DNA of 64,000 nucleotides from assembly GCA_015490755.1 (NCBI GenBank), contig WFXF01000087.1:57441-121440 (forward strand), read 5' to 3'. A program made the translations under genes and the position numbers. Numbering within the stretch: the stretch's first letter is position 1; every line of letters begins with the position of its first letter. This document shows positions 18,331 through 27,335 of this stretch, piece by piece. The stretch comes from Gammaproteobacteria bacterium. GTDB lineage: Bacteria; Pseudomonadota; Gammaproteobacteria; JAADGQ01. Below the pieces are notes generated by a model that made no database searches, was not told where the DNA came from, and worked only from the letters and a program-made list of their open reading frames with translations.

Positions 18331-18750
18331 TTAAACGATCTTATTACACTGCTCACATATACCGTAGATATTCAGGCAGTGATCAGTCACAGTATAACCT
18401 GACTGTTTCGCAATTTCGCGTTGTCGTTGTTCGATTACATCATCAAAAAACTCATCCACTCTACCGCATTTCACACAAACAATATGATCATGATGCTCCC
18501 CATCATCCAGCTCATAGACTGAATGCCCACCTTCAAAATGATGCCTGACAACCAAATCCGCACTTTCAAACTGAGCCAGCACCCGGTAAATTGTTGCCAG
18601 CCCAATTTCCCCACCTTCTCGCATAAGCTCCCTGTAAATACCTTCAGCACTCATATGCCTTGCTTGATTGCGCTCTAGTATTTCAAGTATTTTGATTCTT
18701 GGTAATGTTGCTTTAAGACCCGCTTTTTTCAATTCGCCATTATCGACCAT
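18331..18750 (-). CDS. fur: ferric uptake regulator Fur
   Basis: 139 aa with 'LKKAGLKATLPRIKILEIL', 'HHDH' and the 'CVKCGRV...CEQC' zinc motifs. Confidence 0.9.
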   Translation of the reverse strand: MVDNGELKKAGLKATLPRIKILEILERNQARHMSAEGIYRELMREGGEIGLATIYRVLAQFESADLVVRHHFEGGHSVYELDDGEHHDHIVCVKCGRVDEFFDDVIEQRQREIAKQSGYTVTDHCLNIYGICEQCNKIV

Positions 18751-18797
18751 ACAACACCCACAAGCTTATAGCGTATTATTAACTTTAAAGTTTTGAG

Positions 18798-18963
18798 CTA
18801 GGAGCCTGTCCGAGAATGGAAGTCGTAGCGAGGGAAAGCCATTTTGAGGCAGATTTGGTGTAAATTTGAGGCGAATAGCTGTTCTATTTAACGAAAATTT
18901 ACACCAAATATGGCCGAAATGGATTTTCCGCAGTAGACTTTTCATTCTCGGACAGGCTCCTAG
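18798..18963. repeat. 166-bp near-perfect palindromic (MITE-like) element in the fur/bamE divergent intergenic region
   Basis: The outer arms are 21 bp and perfect: CTAGGAGCCTGTCCGAGAATG (18798-18818) and CATTCTCGGACAGGCTCCTAG (18943-18963). An inner perfect pair is ATTTGGTGTAAATTT/AAATTTACACCAAAT, and the segments between them pair imperfectly. Confidence 0.8.
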
Positions 18964-19005
18964 TATACTATTACAAAATCAAACAACTGAAAAACATTAA
19001 ATTTA

Positions 19006-19326
19006 ATGAAAAAAATATTCGTAGCCACATTAATCTCTTTATTGCTGCTTCTATCAGGGTGCTCAATACATAAAATTGACATCCAGCAAGGAAACATTAT
19101 TGATGCAGAACTCGTCAAACAACTCACACTCGGCATGAATAAAAATCAAGTAAGATTCATCCTCGGAGAACCACTTGTTACAAGCGCGTTTAACAACAAC
19201 AGCTGGTACTATACATATATATTTCAACCCGGAGATGGTTCAAAACCAAAAACAAAGCACCTCTCACTCCTATTTAAGGACGATACACTCTCAAAAATTA
19301 CAAACCAAAAAACAGCTGAATTATAA
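19006..19326 (+). CDS. bamE: outer membrane protein assembly factor BamE (SmpA/OmlA)
   Basis: Lipobox 'LLLLSGCS' and 'GNIIDAELVKQLTLGMNKNQVRFILGEPL'. It lies in the conserved position divergent from fur. Confidence 0.8.
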   Translation: MKKIFVATLISLLLLLSGCSIHKIDIQQGNIIDAELVKQLTLGMNKNQVRFILGEPLVTSAFNNNSWYYTYIFQPGDGSKPKTKHLSLLFKDDTLSKITNQKTAEL

Positions 19327-19333
19327 TGCCGAA

Positions 19334-19618
19334 CTACTTTCCCGCCCTCTTTTTACGAACCGATTTGGGGTCAGCAATAAGAGGGCGATAAATTTCAACC
19401 CGGTCGCCTGCAACCAGCTTTTTATCTAATTTGCCAAGCTTACCAAAGACACCTACCTTGCAATCAGAAATATCAATTTCAGGAAATTTCTCCAAAATCC
19501 CGGATTCTAGAATTGCACTCTCAATAGTTGTACCAGGTACAACATTCAAAGTGATAATGACTTGCTCATCAGGGCGAGCATAAGCAACCTCTATTTTGAT
19601 TTTATTTTCACTATCCAT
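19334..19618 (-). CDS. rnfH: RnfH family (UPF0125, RatB/YfjF-like) ubiquitin-fold protein
   Basis: 94 aa with 'IKIEVAYARPDEQ...' and 'GDRVEIYRPLIADPK'. It overlaps ratA, as in other gammaproteobacteria. Confidence 0.8.
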   Translation of the reverse strand: MDSENKIKIEVAYARPDEQVIITLNVVPGTTIESAILESGILEKFPEIDISDCKVGVFGKLGKLDKKLVAGDRVEIYRPLIADPKSVRKKRAGK

Positions 19619-20042
19619 AAATATTTTTTGCTCTTTGGCAAAAAGAGTCCACCAAGCTTTCTGCCACCTGACTAAACATAGGCCCCATACTCATACTCAA
19701 CAGTTTTCCTGAAAATTCAAACTCCATATCGTAAGAGACCTTGCACGCTTCATCACCTAATGCTTCAAACCGCCAAAAACCTTCCAAATGATGAAACGGC
19801 CCCTCTTCCAGACGAATCTCAATCATTTTATTTTTTTGAATACGATTGCATGTTGTAAATGATTTTTTCAACATACCCTTGGAGAGTTCCAGCGAAGCTC
19901 GAACCTCATCCCTGTTTCGACTCAACACCCTTGATCGTGAACACCAGGGAAGAAACTCAGGATAAGCAGCAACATCATCGACTAAATCAAACATTTGAGC
20001 AGCAGAGTAAGAGACTATTGCGCTTTTCTTTATCGTTGTCAT
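19611..20042 (-). CDS. ratA: SRPBCC-fold RatA/YfjG family protein
   Basis: 143 aa with 'YSAAQMFDLVDDVAAYPEFLPWC'. Conserved smpB-ratA-rnfH neighbourhood. Confidence 0.8.
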   Translation of the reverse strand: MTTIKKSAIVSYSAAQMFDLVDDVAAYPEFLPWCSRSRVLSRNRDEVRASLELSKGMLKKSFTTCNRIQKNKMIEIRLEEGPFHHLEGFWRFEALGDEACKVSYDMEFEFSGKLLSMSMGPMFSQVAESLVDSFCQRAKNIYG

Positions 20043-20051
20043 CGCCCTAAC

Positions 20052-20531
20052 CTATCCACCTTTGAGTAAACGTGCTTTTTGACGCTTCCAGTCATTATCC
20101 TTCTCAACGGCGCGTTTATCATAGTCTTTTTTACCTTTACCCAAACCAACTTTCAGCTTAGCTTTACCCTGCTTCCAATACATCGCCAATGCAACCAATG
20201 TATACCCTTTTCGATCAACCAAACCAGAAAGCTTTGCCAGCTCTTTTCCATTAAGCAATAATTTTCGGGCTCGAACAGGTGCGGGATGAATATGCGTGGA
20301 TGCTGTCGGTAATGGAGTGATATGCGCACCTAGAAGCCATGCTTCACGATTCCTCAACATCACATAACTCTCCCTTATTTGTACTTTATTGGAACGAAGA
20401 CTTTTAACTTCCCAACCTTCCAAAACAAGACCAGCCTCATATTGATCTTCAATAAAATAGTCATGACGTGCTTTTTTATTTAACACAATCGTATTACCAT
20501 CAGATCTGTTTCTAGAGTTTTTCTTTGCCAT
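20052..20531 (-). CDS. smpB: SsrA-binding protein SmpB
   Basis: 159 aa with '[29 protein letters not shown]' and '[17 protein letters not shown]'. Confidence 0.95.
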   Translation of the reverse strand: MAKKNSRNRSDGNTIVLNKKARHDYFIEDQYEAGLVLEGWEVKSLRSNKVQIRESYVMLRNREAWLLGAHITPLPTASTHIHPAPVRARKLLLNGKELAKLSGLVDRKGYTLVALAMYWKQGKAKLKVGLGKGKKDYDKRAVEKDNDWKRQKARLLKGG

Positions 20532-20739
20532 AATCCCGAAAAATAAATATAAAAAACAACTTTAATTCAACCAAACTTTTGGTACTATCGCACAAAACCG
20601 CACAATAATATGTGCAATTATCAGTGTAAAGCCTTATTATATATCCATATACACCGTTAAATGACAAGCTTATAACAGTCGTTAACAGCTTCTACAACGG
20701 TATCTTCATTTATTTTTCTGTTCGTAAGAAAGGCACAGC

Positions 20740-23700
20740 ATGTACGAATCATTCTATCGCTTAAGTACAAAACCATTTGGTTTAAACCCTGATCCCGACT
20801 TTATATTCACACGCCGCGGTCATGAATTAGCGATGGCACACTTACGCTACGGCATTAGCCAGAGTACCGGTTTTGTTGTTATTACAGGCGCACCAGGCAC
20901 GGGCAAAACAACACTTGCACGTGTTCTACTTAAAGAACTTGCCAACAATACCACTATTGTTGTTGCACACTTACCCAGCACACACCTTGCTGCTGATGAT
21001 CTATTACGTGTTGTCGCAGATTCATTTGGCCTTAAATACGAAGGGCTGTCCAAACCAGAAATCTTAAAGTTACTTAATAATTTTTTACTGACTTGTGTGC
21101 GTGAACGAAAACGTACACTGCTGGTTATAGATGAAGCGCAAAATTTACCCGCTTGTGCATTTGAAGAGTTACGTTTGCTCGCTAATCTAAGATTAGGTGC
21201 AAAAGCACTGTTGCAAACAATTCTTTTGGGGCAAGAGCAATTTCGCCAGATGCTAGGCTCTCAGGAATTCAGCCAGATTATGCAGCGTGTGGTTGCCAAC
21301 TATCATCTCGTACCTTTAACACTCGAAGAGACTCAAGCCTATATTGAAAGTCGCCTGATTCATGCAAACTGGCAAGGTAATCCACACTTTTCTGACGAAG
21401 CAATTTACTGCATACACGAACATACTGAAGGTATTCCACGCCGCATCAATAAATTTTGCGAACGGCTACTGCTGTATGGTTATCTTGAAGAACGAACGGA
21501 GATTTCACAAGACATTGTCCAGGTTGTCATTAACGAGTTCCAGCAAGAGACTCCCGTTTCACAACGCCGGCCTGAAGATATAGAGATAGACGAAATTGCT
21601 CAAACAGAACCGCTTTCTGTTCCGTATGAAATAGAAAATGAGATCGCTGAAGCGACACAAACCAATAGTTCAGATGAACATAAAGAGATTGAAGGTTCAT
21701 TGATTGATTTTTCAATCAATTCTGAAAATAGTAATGCAGAAACTATCTCATCCACACAGGAAAAAATCGAAAGCACTCCACCTGTTACTGAAAAAATTAA
21801 CCAAAATAGAGGCTCACACTCATTAGAATCACCACCACTCATTGAAACCAGTAATGATGTTGATAAACTAAAAGAAAAAAAAGAACCTGCTGAAAATATA
21901 CATTCTGTTTCAGAAATATTTTCTCTTATACCTCAAGAGCAGGAAAAAACAGAGGATAAAAATGAATCTGCTCCTCAGGAACTTTCTGCAGAAGAGACTC
22001 AAAACACAGACAAATCCGAACAAAAACAAGAGCGGATTATTGAGGCAGAACAAGAAGCTTTGGCTGCTATAGAAGCTGAAAACTCAAACCTGAAAAGTGA
22101 TATTGGAGAACTAGAAGAGAGTACAGCGATCGCAATGGCTCACTCCTCGCAATTGTCCTCCAATGTAAGTGAGGTGCCTGCGGCTAATAGAACAAAATTT
22201 CGTGTTATTGATGGCGGCAAAGATAGTCGATCAACATCTCAACCCATAAACAGCAATCTGCAACAATCCTCCACCAACAAAGATATTGAACACAAACTTC
22301 TGAAACTTGTTCTTGCTTTTCAACTTTCCCCCAAACATTTCGAATACCTGACAGACCCGGAACAACCTTCTCCAGAAAATGCAGGACGATTATTAGAACT
22401 TGCAACAACTGATAACACTACAATTGCAACAGCGCTTCCCCAATCACTGCGGGGAATCTCTCAGCAAAATTTACAAACAGCAATCAACTTCTATATATGG
22501 GAAGTGATACTAAAACCTGGTGGCAATGATTACAGAACTCTTGGCTTGCAAGAAAATGCCCCCATCAGTGAAATAAAGACCCATTACCAAAATTTGAGGT
22601 TATTTCTAAACAATCAAAAAGCAGACCATGAAAACGGGATTGAATATATATCACGCATAGAAAAAGCATATACAAATCTAACAAATGAAGCTGAAATTGA
22701 AAATAATTTTCTAGAACTACCAACAACGCCTGGGCCAAAGCAAAAAAGTCGGGCTGAAATTGATCGCATTGAAGAGGCTTATGAAATTCTTAGTGAAGAA
22801 ACAATAGACTCCACAGAGATACTCGAACCACCATTCAAAAAATCGGGTTCTAATGGCCAATCAACTACATATACAAAGTATTTAATTTTTGGGCTCATTG
22901 CTACAGCAATTGGAGTCACTGTTTACAAGACACAATTTACCACCAATGAAAGTGAGCACCTCACTACTGAAATAGAACCTACAAATAAACAACCAGAAAA
23001 AGCAGTTATTTTTGGTGCAAAAAATAATAGTTCAGAAGTCATTGATGAACCCATTATCAATAATACAGATATATACCAGCATGACCCAAATACAGATATA
23101 GCATCGACAGAAAGTACTGTAGAAACAGAGTCTGATAATTTCACATTACTTGATGGCGACGACCCTTGGGCTGAATATTCAGAGATTTCAGAAAAAATAG
23201 CTCAAGCTCCAAGTGAGCCCCCCCCCTCTGAAGATTCCTTTATTGTTGAGCAGCCAATAATTACGCCTGAGCCTGTCGCATCAACCTTGCAAAAAGAGAT
23301 CACAACGACTCCCGAGGTAATACAGACCTCAAAACCAGACATAGTTGAAAATCAACCAATAGCTGTTGCAACACCAAAAGCTCTACCTATAGCAACGCTC
23401 TATTCAGACAGAGTTACGACAAAGGCCGTAACACCAGCACCTGATAATAATATCGAAAAACTGGATCTGATTAACTTAATCAATAATTTTACAACGGCCT
23501 ATGAGCAGGGTGATATTAATCAATTCATGAAGCTGTTTTCAATTGATGCGACAAGTTTTGATGGTACAACTCAAACCGACCGCAATGGTATTGAAGCTGA
23601 CTATATTGATCTTTTTCAAACAACTACCGCAAGACAAATTGCTATCAAAAATATTGCATGGAATACTAACCACAACACATCCGAAGGTATCAGTGACTTT

Positions 23701-23826
23701 GTTGTTACTGTGAAAAGTATTGACAACGACCAACTTGAATTTATATCTGGCATTATTACACTTGAGGTAGAAAAAAATCAGCAAAATGTATTTATTACAA
23801 GATTGACATACCAGGTCACTGAATAA
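20740..23826 (+). CDS. ExeA/MshM-like AAA+ ATPase fused to a long acidic disordered region, a J-like segment, one TM helix and a C-terminal NTF2/SnoaL-like domain
   Basis: The N-terminus 'YESFYRLSTKPFGLNPDPDFIFTRRGHELA...VVITGAPGTGKTTL...LLVIDEAQNL' is ExeA/GspA-like. Residues ~270-590 are Glu/Ser/Asn-rich. 'DYRTLGLQENAPISEIKTHYQNLRLFL...IEKAYTNL' is J-domain-like but lacks HPD. The TM helix is 'YLIFGLIATAIGVTVY'. The C-terminus 'LINNFTTAYEQGDINQFMKLFS...' is NTF2-like. Confidence 0.7.
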   Translation: MYESFYRLSTKPFGLNPDPDFIFTRRGHELAMAHLRYGISQSTGFVVITGAPGTGKTTLARVLLKELANNTTIVVAHLPSTHLAADDLLRVVADSFGLKYEGLSKPEILKLLNNFLLTCVRERKRTLLVIDEAQNLPACAFEELRLLANLRLGAKALLQTILLGQEQFRQMLGSQEFSQIMQRVVANYHLVPLTLEETQAYIESRLIHANWQGNPHFSDEAIYCIHEHTEGIPRRINKFCERLLLYGYLEERTEISQDIVQVVINEFQQETPVSQRRPEDIEIDEIAQTEPLSVPYEIENEIAEATQTNSSDEHKEIEGSLIDFSINSENSNAETISSTQEKIESTPPVTEKINQNRGSHSLESPPLIETSNDVDKLKEKKEPAENIHSVSEIFSLIPQEQEKTEDKNESAPQELSAEETQNTDKSEQKQERIIEAEQEALAAIEAENSNLKSDIGELEESTAIAMAHSSQLSSNVSEVPAANRTKFRVIDGGKDSRSTSQPINSNLQQSSTNKDIEHKLLKLVLAFQLSPKHFEYLTDPEQPSPENAGRLLELATTDNTTIATALPQSLRGISQQNLQTAINFYIWEVILKPGGNDYRTLGLQENAPISEIKTHYQNLRLFLNNQKADHENGIEYISRIEKAYTNLTNEAEIENNFLELPTTPGPKQKSRAEIDRIEEAYEILSEETIDSTEILEPPFKKSGSNGQSTTYTKYLIFGLIATAIGVTVYKTQFTTNESEHLTTEIEPTNKQPEKAVIFGAKNNSSEVIDEPIINNTDIYQHDPNTDIASTESTVETESDNFTLLDGDDPWAEYSEISEKIAQAPSEPPPSEDSFIVEQPIITPEPVASTLQKEITTTPEVIQTSKPDIVENQPIAVATPKALPIATLYSDRVTTKAVTPAPDNNIEKLDLINLINNFTTAYEQGDINQFMKLFSIDATSFDGTTQTDRNGIEADYIDLFQTTTARQIAIKNIAWNTNHNTSEGISDFVVTVKSIDNDQLEFISGIITLEVEKNQQNVFITRLTYQVTE

Positions 23827-23838
23827 CTTTCCAAATCT

Positions 23839-24681
23839 GTGTCTGAAAATTATTATCACCTATCTGAACAAGATAGAATCAAACTCCTACCCCGCCGCCC
23901 TGAATCATCCCACAAAGGCAATTATGGTCATGTAGTTATTATTGGTGGTGACCATGGAATGGCAGGAGCAACAAGGTTGGCCGGAGAGGCTGCCGTACGT
24001 GTTGGTGCTGGATTAGTCAGCATCGCAACTCGCCCTGATCATGCAGCTATTATCAGTGCCCAACGACCAGAATTAATGAGCCACGGCATCAAAACACCAA
24101 CAGAGCTGCAACCTCTGCTGGACAAAGCCAACGCTATAGTAATCGGCCCTGGACTTGGACAAACCCAATGGGCGCAACAACTATTCACCACAGTATTGCA
24201 ATACACCTGCCCTATTATCGTTGATGCTGACGCATTAAATTTACTCGCCAAAAAACCTGAACACCGCAACAACTGGATACTCACTCCTCACCCGGGCGAA
24301 GCTGCACGACTGCTTAACCAAAGCTGCACTGCTGTTCAAAATAGTCGCCCTGAAGCGATCAACGCATTACAAAAAAAATATGGTGGCACAATCGTCCTGA
24401 AAGGCAGTGGAACCCTTATTAATAACGGCAGCAATAATCTTGCGTTATGCAATGCAGGAAACCCGGGAATGGCCAGCGGAGGAATGGGTGACCTTCTCAC
24501 TGGCATTATTGCAGGCTTAATTGCACAAAACCTCACAATAAGAGACGCCGCTAATTTAGGGGTATATATACACTCAAAAGCAGGAGACCAGGCTGCACTC
24601 AAAGGCGAAAGAGGGCTTATCGCGAGTGACCTTCTTGCACATATACGCCAACTCGCCAACCCTGATATCGTTTTCGCATGA
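23839..24681 (+). CDS. nnrD: ADP-dependent NAD(P)H-hydrate dehydratase (YjeF C-terminal domain only)
   Basis: 280 aa with 'HKGNYGHVVIIGG', 'LKGSGTLI' and 'GNPGMASGGMGDLLTG'. The N-terminal epimerase domain is absent. The yjeF-tsaE-amiB order is conserved. Confidence 0.85.
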   Translation: MSENYYHLSEQDRIKLLPRRPESSHKGNYGHVVIIGGDHGMAGATRLAGEAAVRVGAGLVSIATRPDHAAIISAQRPELMSHGIKTPTELQPLLDKANAIVIGPGLGQTQWAQQLFTTVLQYTCPIIVDADALNLLAKKPEHRNNWILTPHPGEAARLLNQSCTAVQNSRPEAINALQKKYGGTIVLKGSGTLINNGSNNLALCNAGNPGMASGGMGDLLTGIIAGLIAQNLTIRDAANLGVYIHSKAGDQAALKGERGLIASDLLAHIRQLANPDIVFA

Positions 24682-25136
24682 AAAAATTTACCATAAAAAA
24701 TGAAACTGCCATGCAGACACTCGGCTCAGAACTTGCCAAATTATGTCCAGGTAACACCATCATCCATATTAAAGGTGAGCTTGGTGTTGGAAAAACAACA
24801 TTTGCTCGAGGGTTTATTCAATCAACTGGGCATCAAGGAGCCGTTAAGAGCCCAACTTACACGCTTGTAGAGTCTTATCCATTTAATAACCTCACCATTC
24901 ACCACTTTGACCTGTATCGACTCAGTGATGCCGAAGAGCTGGAGTTTATGGGAATTAGAGATTACTTCACACAGCAAACAATCGTTCTAATCGAATGGCC
25001 TGATAAAGGTGGAAAACTCCTTCCTGCCCCCGGTTTAACCATAAACATTGACTATAAAAGCCTGGAACGAGAAGTGACCTTAATACCTCACACAGAAGCT
25101 ACTAAAAACATCATTAAAAAAATAACCACCCATTAG
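24678..25136 (+). CDS. tsaE: tRNA t6A37 biosynthesis ATPase TsaE
   Basis: 152 aa with 'GELGVGKTTFARG', 'SPTYTLV' and 'HFDLYRL'. Confidence 0.9.
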   Translation: MKKFTIKNETAMQTLGSELAKLCPGNTIIHIKGELGVGKTTFARGFIQSTGHQGAVKSPTYTLVESYPFNNLTIHHFDLYRLSDAEELEFMGIRDYFTQQTIVLIEWPDKGGKLLPAPGLTINIDYKSLEREVTLIPHTEATKNIIKKITTH

Positions 25137-25293
25137 GTCACACTTTTGCTAAAATAAGAGATATTTTTAACTTAAATTGCAAAAGAGATACCAACAATTT
25201 TTTATTACATACTCAATTTGATACTCTATCTTATTAAATATTAATAAAATTTTATCTTTTGCCGACAAAATCTTTATTAGAGTTTTAGCGGTT

Positions 25294-26610
25294 TTGGAAC
25301 AGTTATTTATGCGATCATTCTTACTACTTTTTATACTCTTCTCTTTTTACACACAAGCATATGCAGGATCTGCTGCCATTAAAGATGTCCGAATGTGGGC
25401 TGCGCCTGATAAAACTCGCGTTGTTTTTGATGTCAGCAAAAATGTTGAGCATCGATTATTCACACTGCATAATCCCGAACGTCTGGTGATAGATATAATT
25501 AACGCTTCCGCGTCAACAAGCCCCGGAATTTCTGACTTTGGTGACAGCCCTCTAACAGGAATTCGCACCGCAACCAGGAATAAAAACGATTACCGTATTG
25601 TTTTAGATCTAAACTCAAAAGTTGAGTCGAAAAGCTTTATCTTGAAACCATACAAAAATCACGGATACAGACTCGTTGTAGACCTGATTCAACCAGGAGT
25701 TAAAAAGAAAATAAAAACCGTTAAAAGCACAGTAATTGATAAAAAGTTACGAGATGTTGTTATTGCTATCGATGCTGGGCATGGTGGAGAAGACCCTGGT
25801 GCAATTGGCCTTAAAAAAACAAAAGAGAAGGATGTTGTATTTAAAATTGCCAGCGAATTAGCTACATTGATTAATAATAAAAAAGGCATGAAAGCTCTCA
25901 TGATTCGTGATGGAGACTACTACGTCGCTCTTCGTGATCGTATCAGAAAAGCGCACGAAGCCAAAGCTGATATGTTCATTTCAATTCATGCAGACGCATT
26001 TGAAGCATCAAATGTACATGGTGCTTCAATCTATGTTCTATCCAAAGAGGGTGCCAGTAGTGAAATGGCACGCTTAATAGCCAGCAATGAAAACAGCTCA
26101 GATTTAATTGGTGGTGTACTTGAAGATAGTGATAATAGCCTGTTAAGAACGGTTTTACTTGACCTATCTCAAACTGCGACTCTGAAAAGCAGTATTGAAG
26201 CAGGCAACGTTCTCTTGAAGCATTTTAAGAAAAGTGGAAAAATCAAACTACATAAACACAAACTGGAACATGCAGGCTTTGCAGTACTCAAGTCACCTAA
26301 CATTCCCTCTATTCTGGTTGAAACTGCATTTATATCCAACCCCAGTGAAGAACGTAAATTACGTACAAAGAAATACCAAAAAGCACTTGCTAAAACAATG
26401 TTATCAGGCATTCATAGCTATTTTTCACGCAATGCACCGCCCGGTAGCTGGCTAGCGTCTAATAGACATGTCACAACAAAAGGCGAAACTCTGACACTCA
26501 TTGCCGATCAATACAATGTGACTTTAAGCAGTTTACTTAAATCCAACAAGCTTCCACTTAATGCAACATTGAAAGCAGGGCAAATTCTAAAAATTCCGTA
26601 TCAAATATAA
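25294..26610 (+). CDS. amiB: N-acetylmuramoyl-L-alanine amidase with an N-terminal AMIN domain and a C-terminal LysM
   Basis: A signal peptide is followed by the AMIN motif 'DVRMWAAPDKTRVVFDV'. The Amidase_3 core is 'IAIDAGHGGEDPGA...SIHADA...ETAFISN'. The C-terminal LysM is 'TTKGETLTLIADQYNV'. The likely start is the second Met, at 25309. Confidence 0.85.
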   Translation: MEQLFMRSFLLLFILFSFYTQAYAGSAAIKDVRMWAAPDKTRVVFDVSKNVEHRLFTLHNPERLVIDIINASASTSPGISDFGDSPLTGIRTATRNKNDYRIVLDLNSKVESKSFILKPYKNHGYRLVVDLIQPGVKKKIKTVKSTVIDKKLRDVVIAIDAGHGGEDPGAIGLKKTKEKDVVFKIASELATLINNKKGMKALMIRDGDYYVALRDRIRKAHEAKADMFISIHADAFEASNVHGASIYVLSKEGASSEMARLIASNENSSDLIGGVLEDSDNSLLRTVLLDLSQTATLKSSIEAGNVLLKHFKKSGKIKLHKHKLEHAGFAVLKSPNIPSILVETAFISNPSEERKLRTKKYQKALAKTMLSGIHSYFSRNAPPGSWLASNRHVTTKGETLTLIADQYNVTLSSLLKSNKLPLNATLKAGQILKIPYQI

Positions 26611-26613
26611 TTT

Positions 26614-27312
26614 TTATTGCAACTCAACGCGCCCATTAATATTAACCTGTATTGTTTGAGTCCCAGCCTCAAGTGTTGGCGGTGTCATCCGTTTTGAGGC
26701 ATCCATCGCATACATTTCAGTACGCATTCGCCCTTGCATAACAGAATAGCCGCCCGATGTATTAACATTGAGATCAATCAATTTATAGCTCCCAAAACCC
26801 AGCTGCTGGCTGATAATATCTGCCCTCTCTTTAAATGCTGTCAGTGTTTTTTTAATCACCTGGTTTTCTGCTTCTCCTCGTCTCTCAGGGGAGACCTGAT
26901 AACTTACTTGCTCCAAAGCCAAATTCTCTTGCAGCTCACCAATCAGCTGGCTTAGCTGGCTGAAGTTTTTACTCTCCAATCGAATCGATTGACGCACTCG
27001 CCAACCAGCTATTTTCTGTTTTTTGTAAAATGGGTTTGTACGATAAGCCAAAGTCTGAACTTTAATTTCTGTCTGTTGCTTGGCTTTTTCGACAGCCCTA
27101 CTGACCTTTTCATTCACTTTGTCTGCAAGCTTTTTTGGATAGCGACCCTCTTCTTGCACATAGAGTATTGCGACCAAAATATCATTTTTAATCTCATTTG
27201 AAGCCATTGCGGATAAACTGACCTGGTTATAATTTTTCTTTTCATCATCCGCCCATGTTACCTGAGTTAAAAATAATGAAGCGCACAACCCTATTAAAAT
27301 TATTCTTGACAT
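26614..27312 (-). CDS. SIMPL-domain (DUF541/YggE-like) periplasmic protein
   Basis: 232 aa with a signal peptide and an overall YggE-like pattern ('QVSLSA...', 'ALEQVSYQVSPE', 'AFKERADIISQQLG'). Confidence 0.7.
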   Translation of the reverse strand: MSRIILIGLCASLFLTQVTWADDEKKNYNQVSLSAMASNEIKNDILVAILYVQEEGRYPKKLADKVNEKVSRAVEKAKQQTEIKVQTLAYRTNPFYKKQKIAGWRVRQSIRLESKNFSQLSQLIGELQENLALEQVSYQVSPERRGEAENQVIKKTLTAFKERADIISQQLGFGSYKLIDLNVNTSGGYSVMQGRMRTEMYAMDASKRMTPPTLEAGTQTIQVNINGRVELQ

Positions 27313-27335
27313 AACTTTCCCCTAAACTTAAAAAT

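Noticed and set aside
20532-20739. I looked for a tmRNA (ssrA) gene next to smpB in the 208-bp spacer upstream of smpB and in the flanks.
   Set aside because: The spacer is too short for a tmRNA of about 360 nt. It shows no tRNA-like acceptor/T-arm (GGTTCGA...CCA) or tag-reading-frame features. The downstream side is occupied by ratA. ssrA must lie elsewhere.
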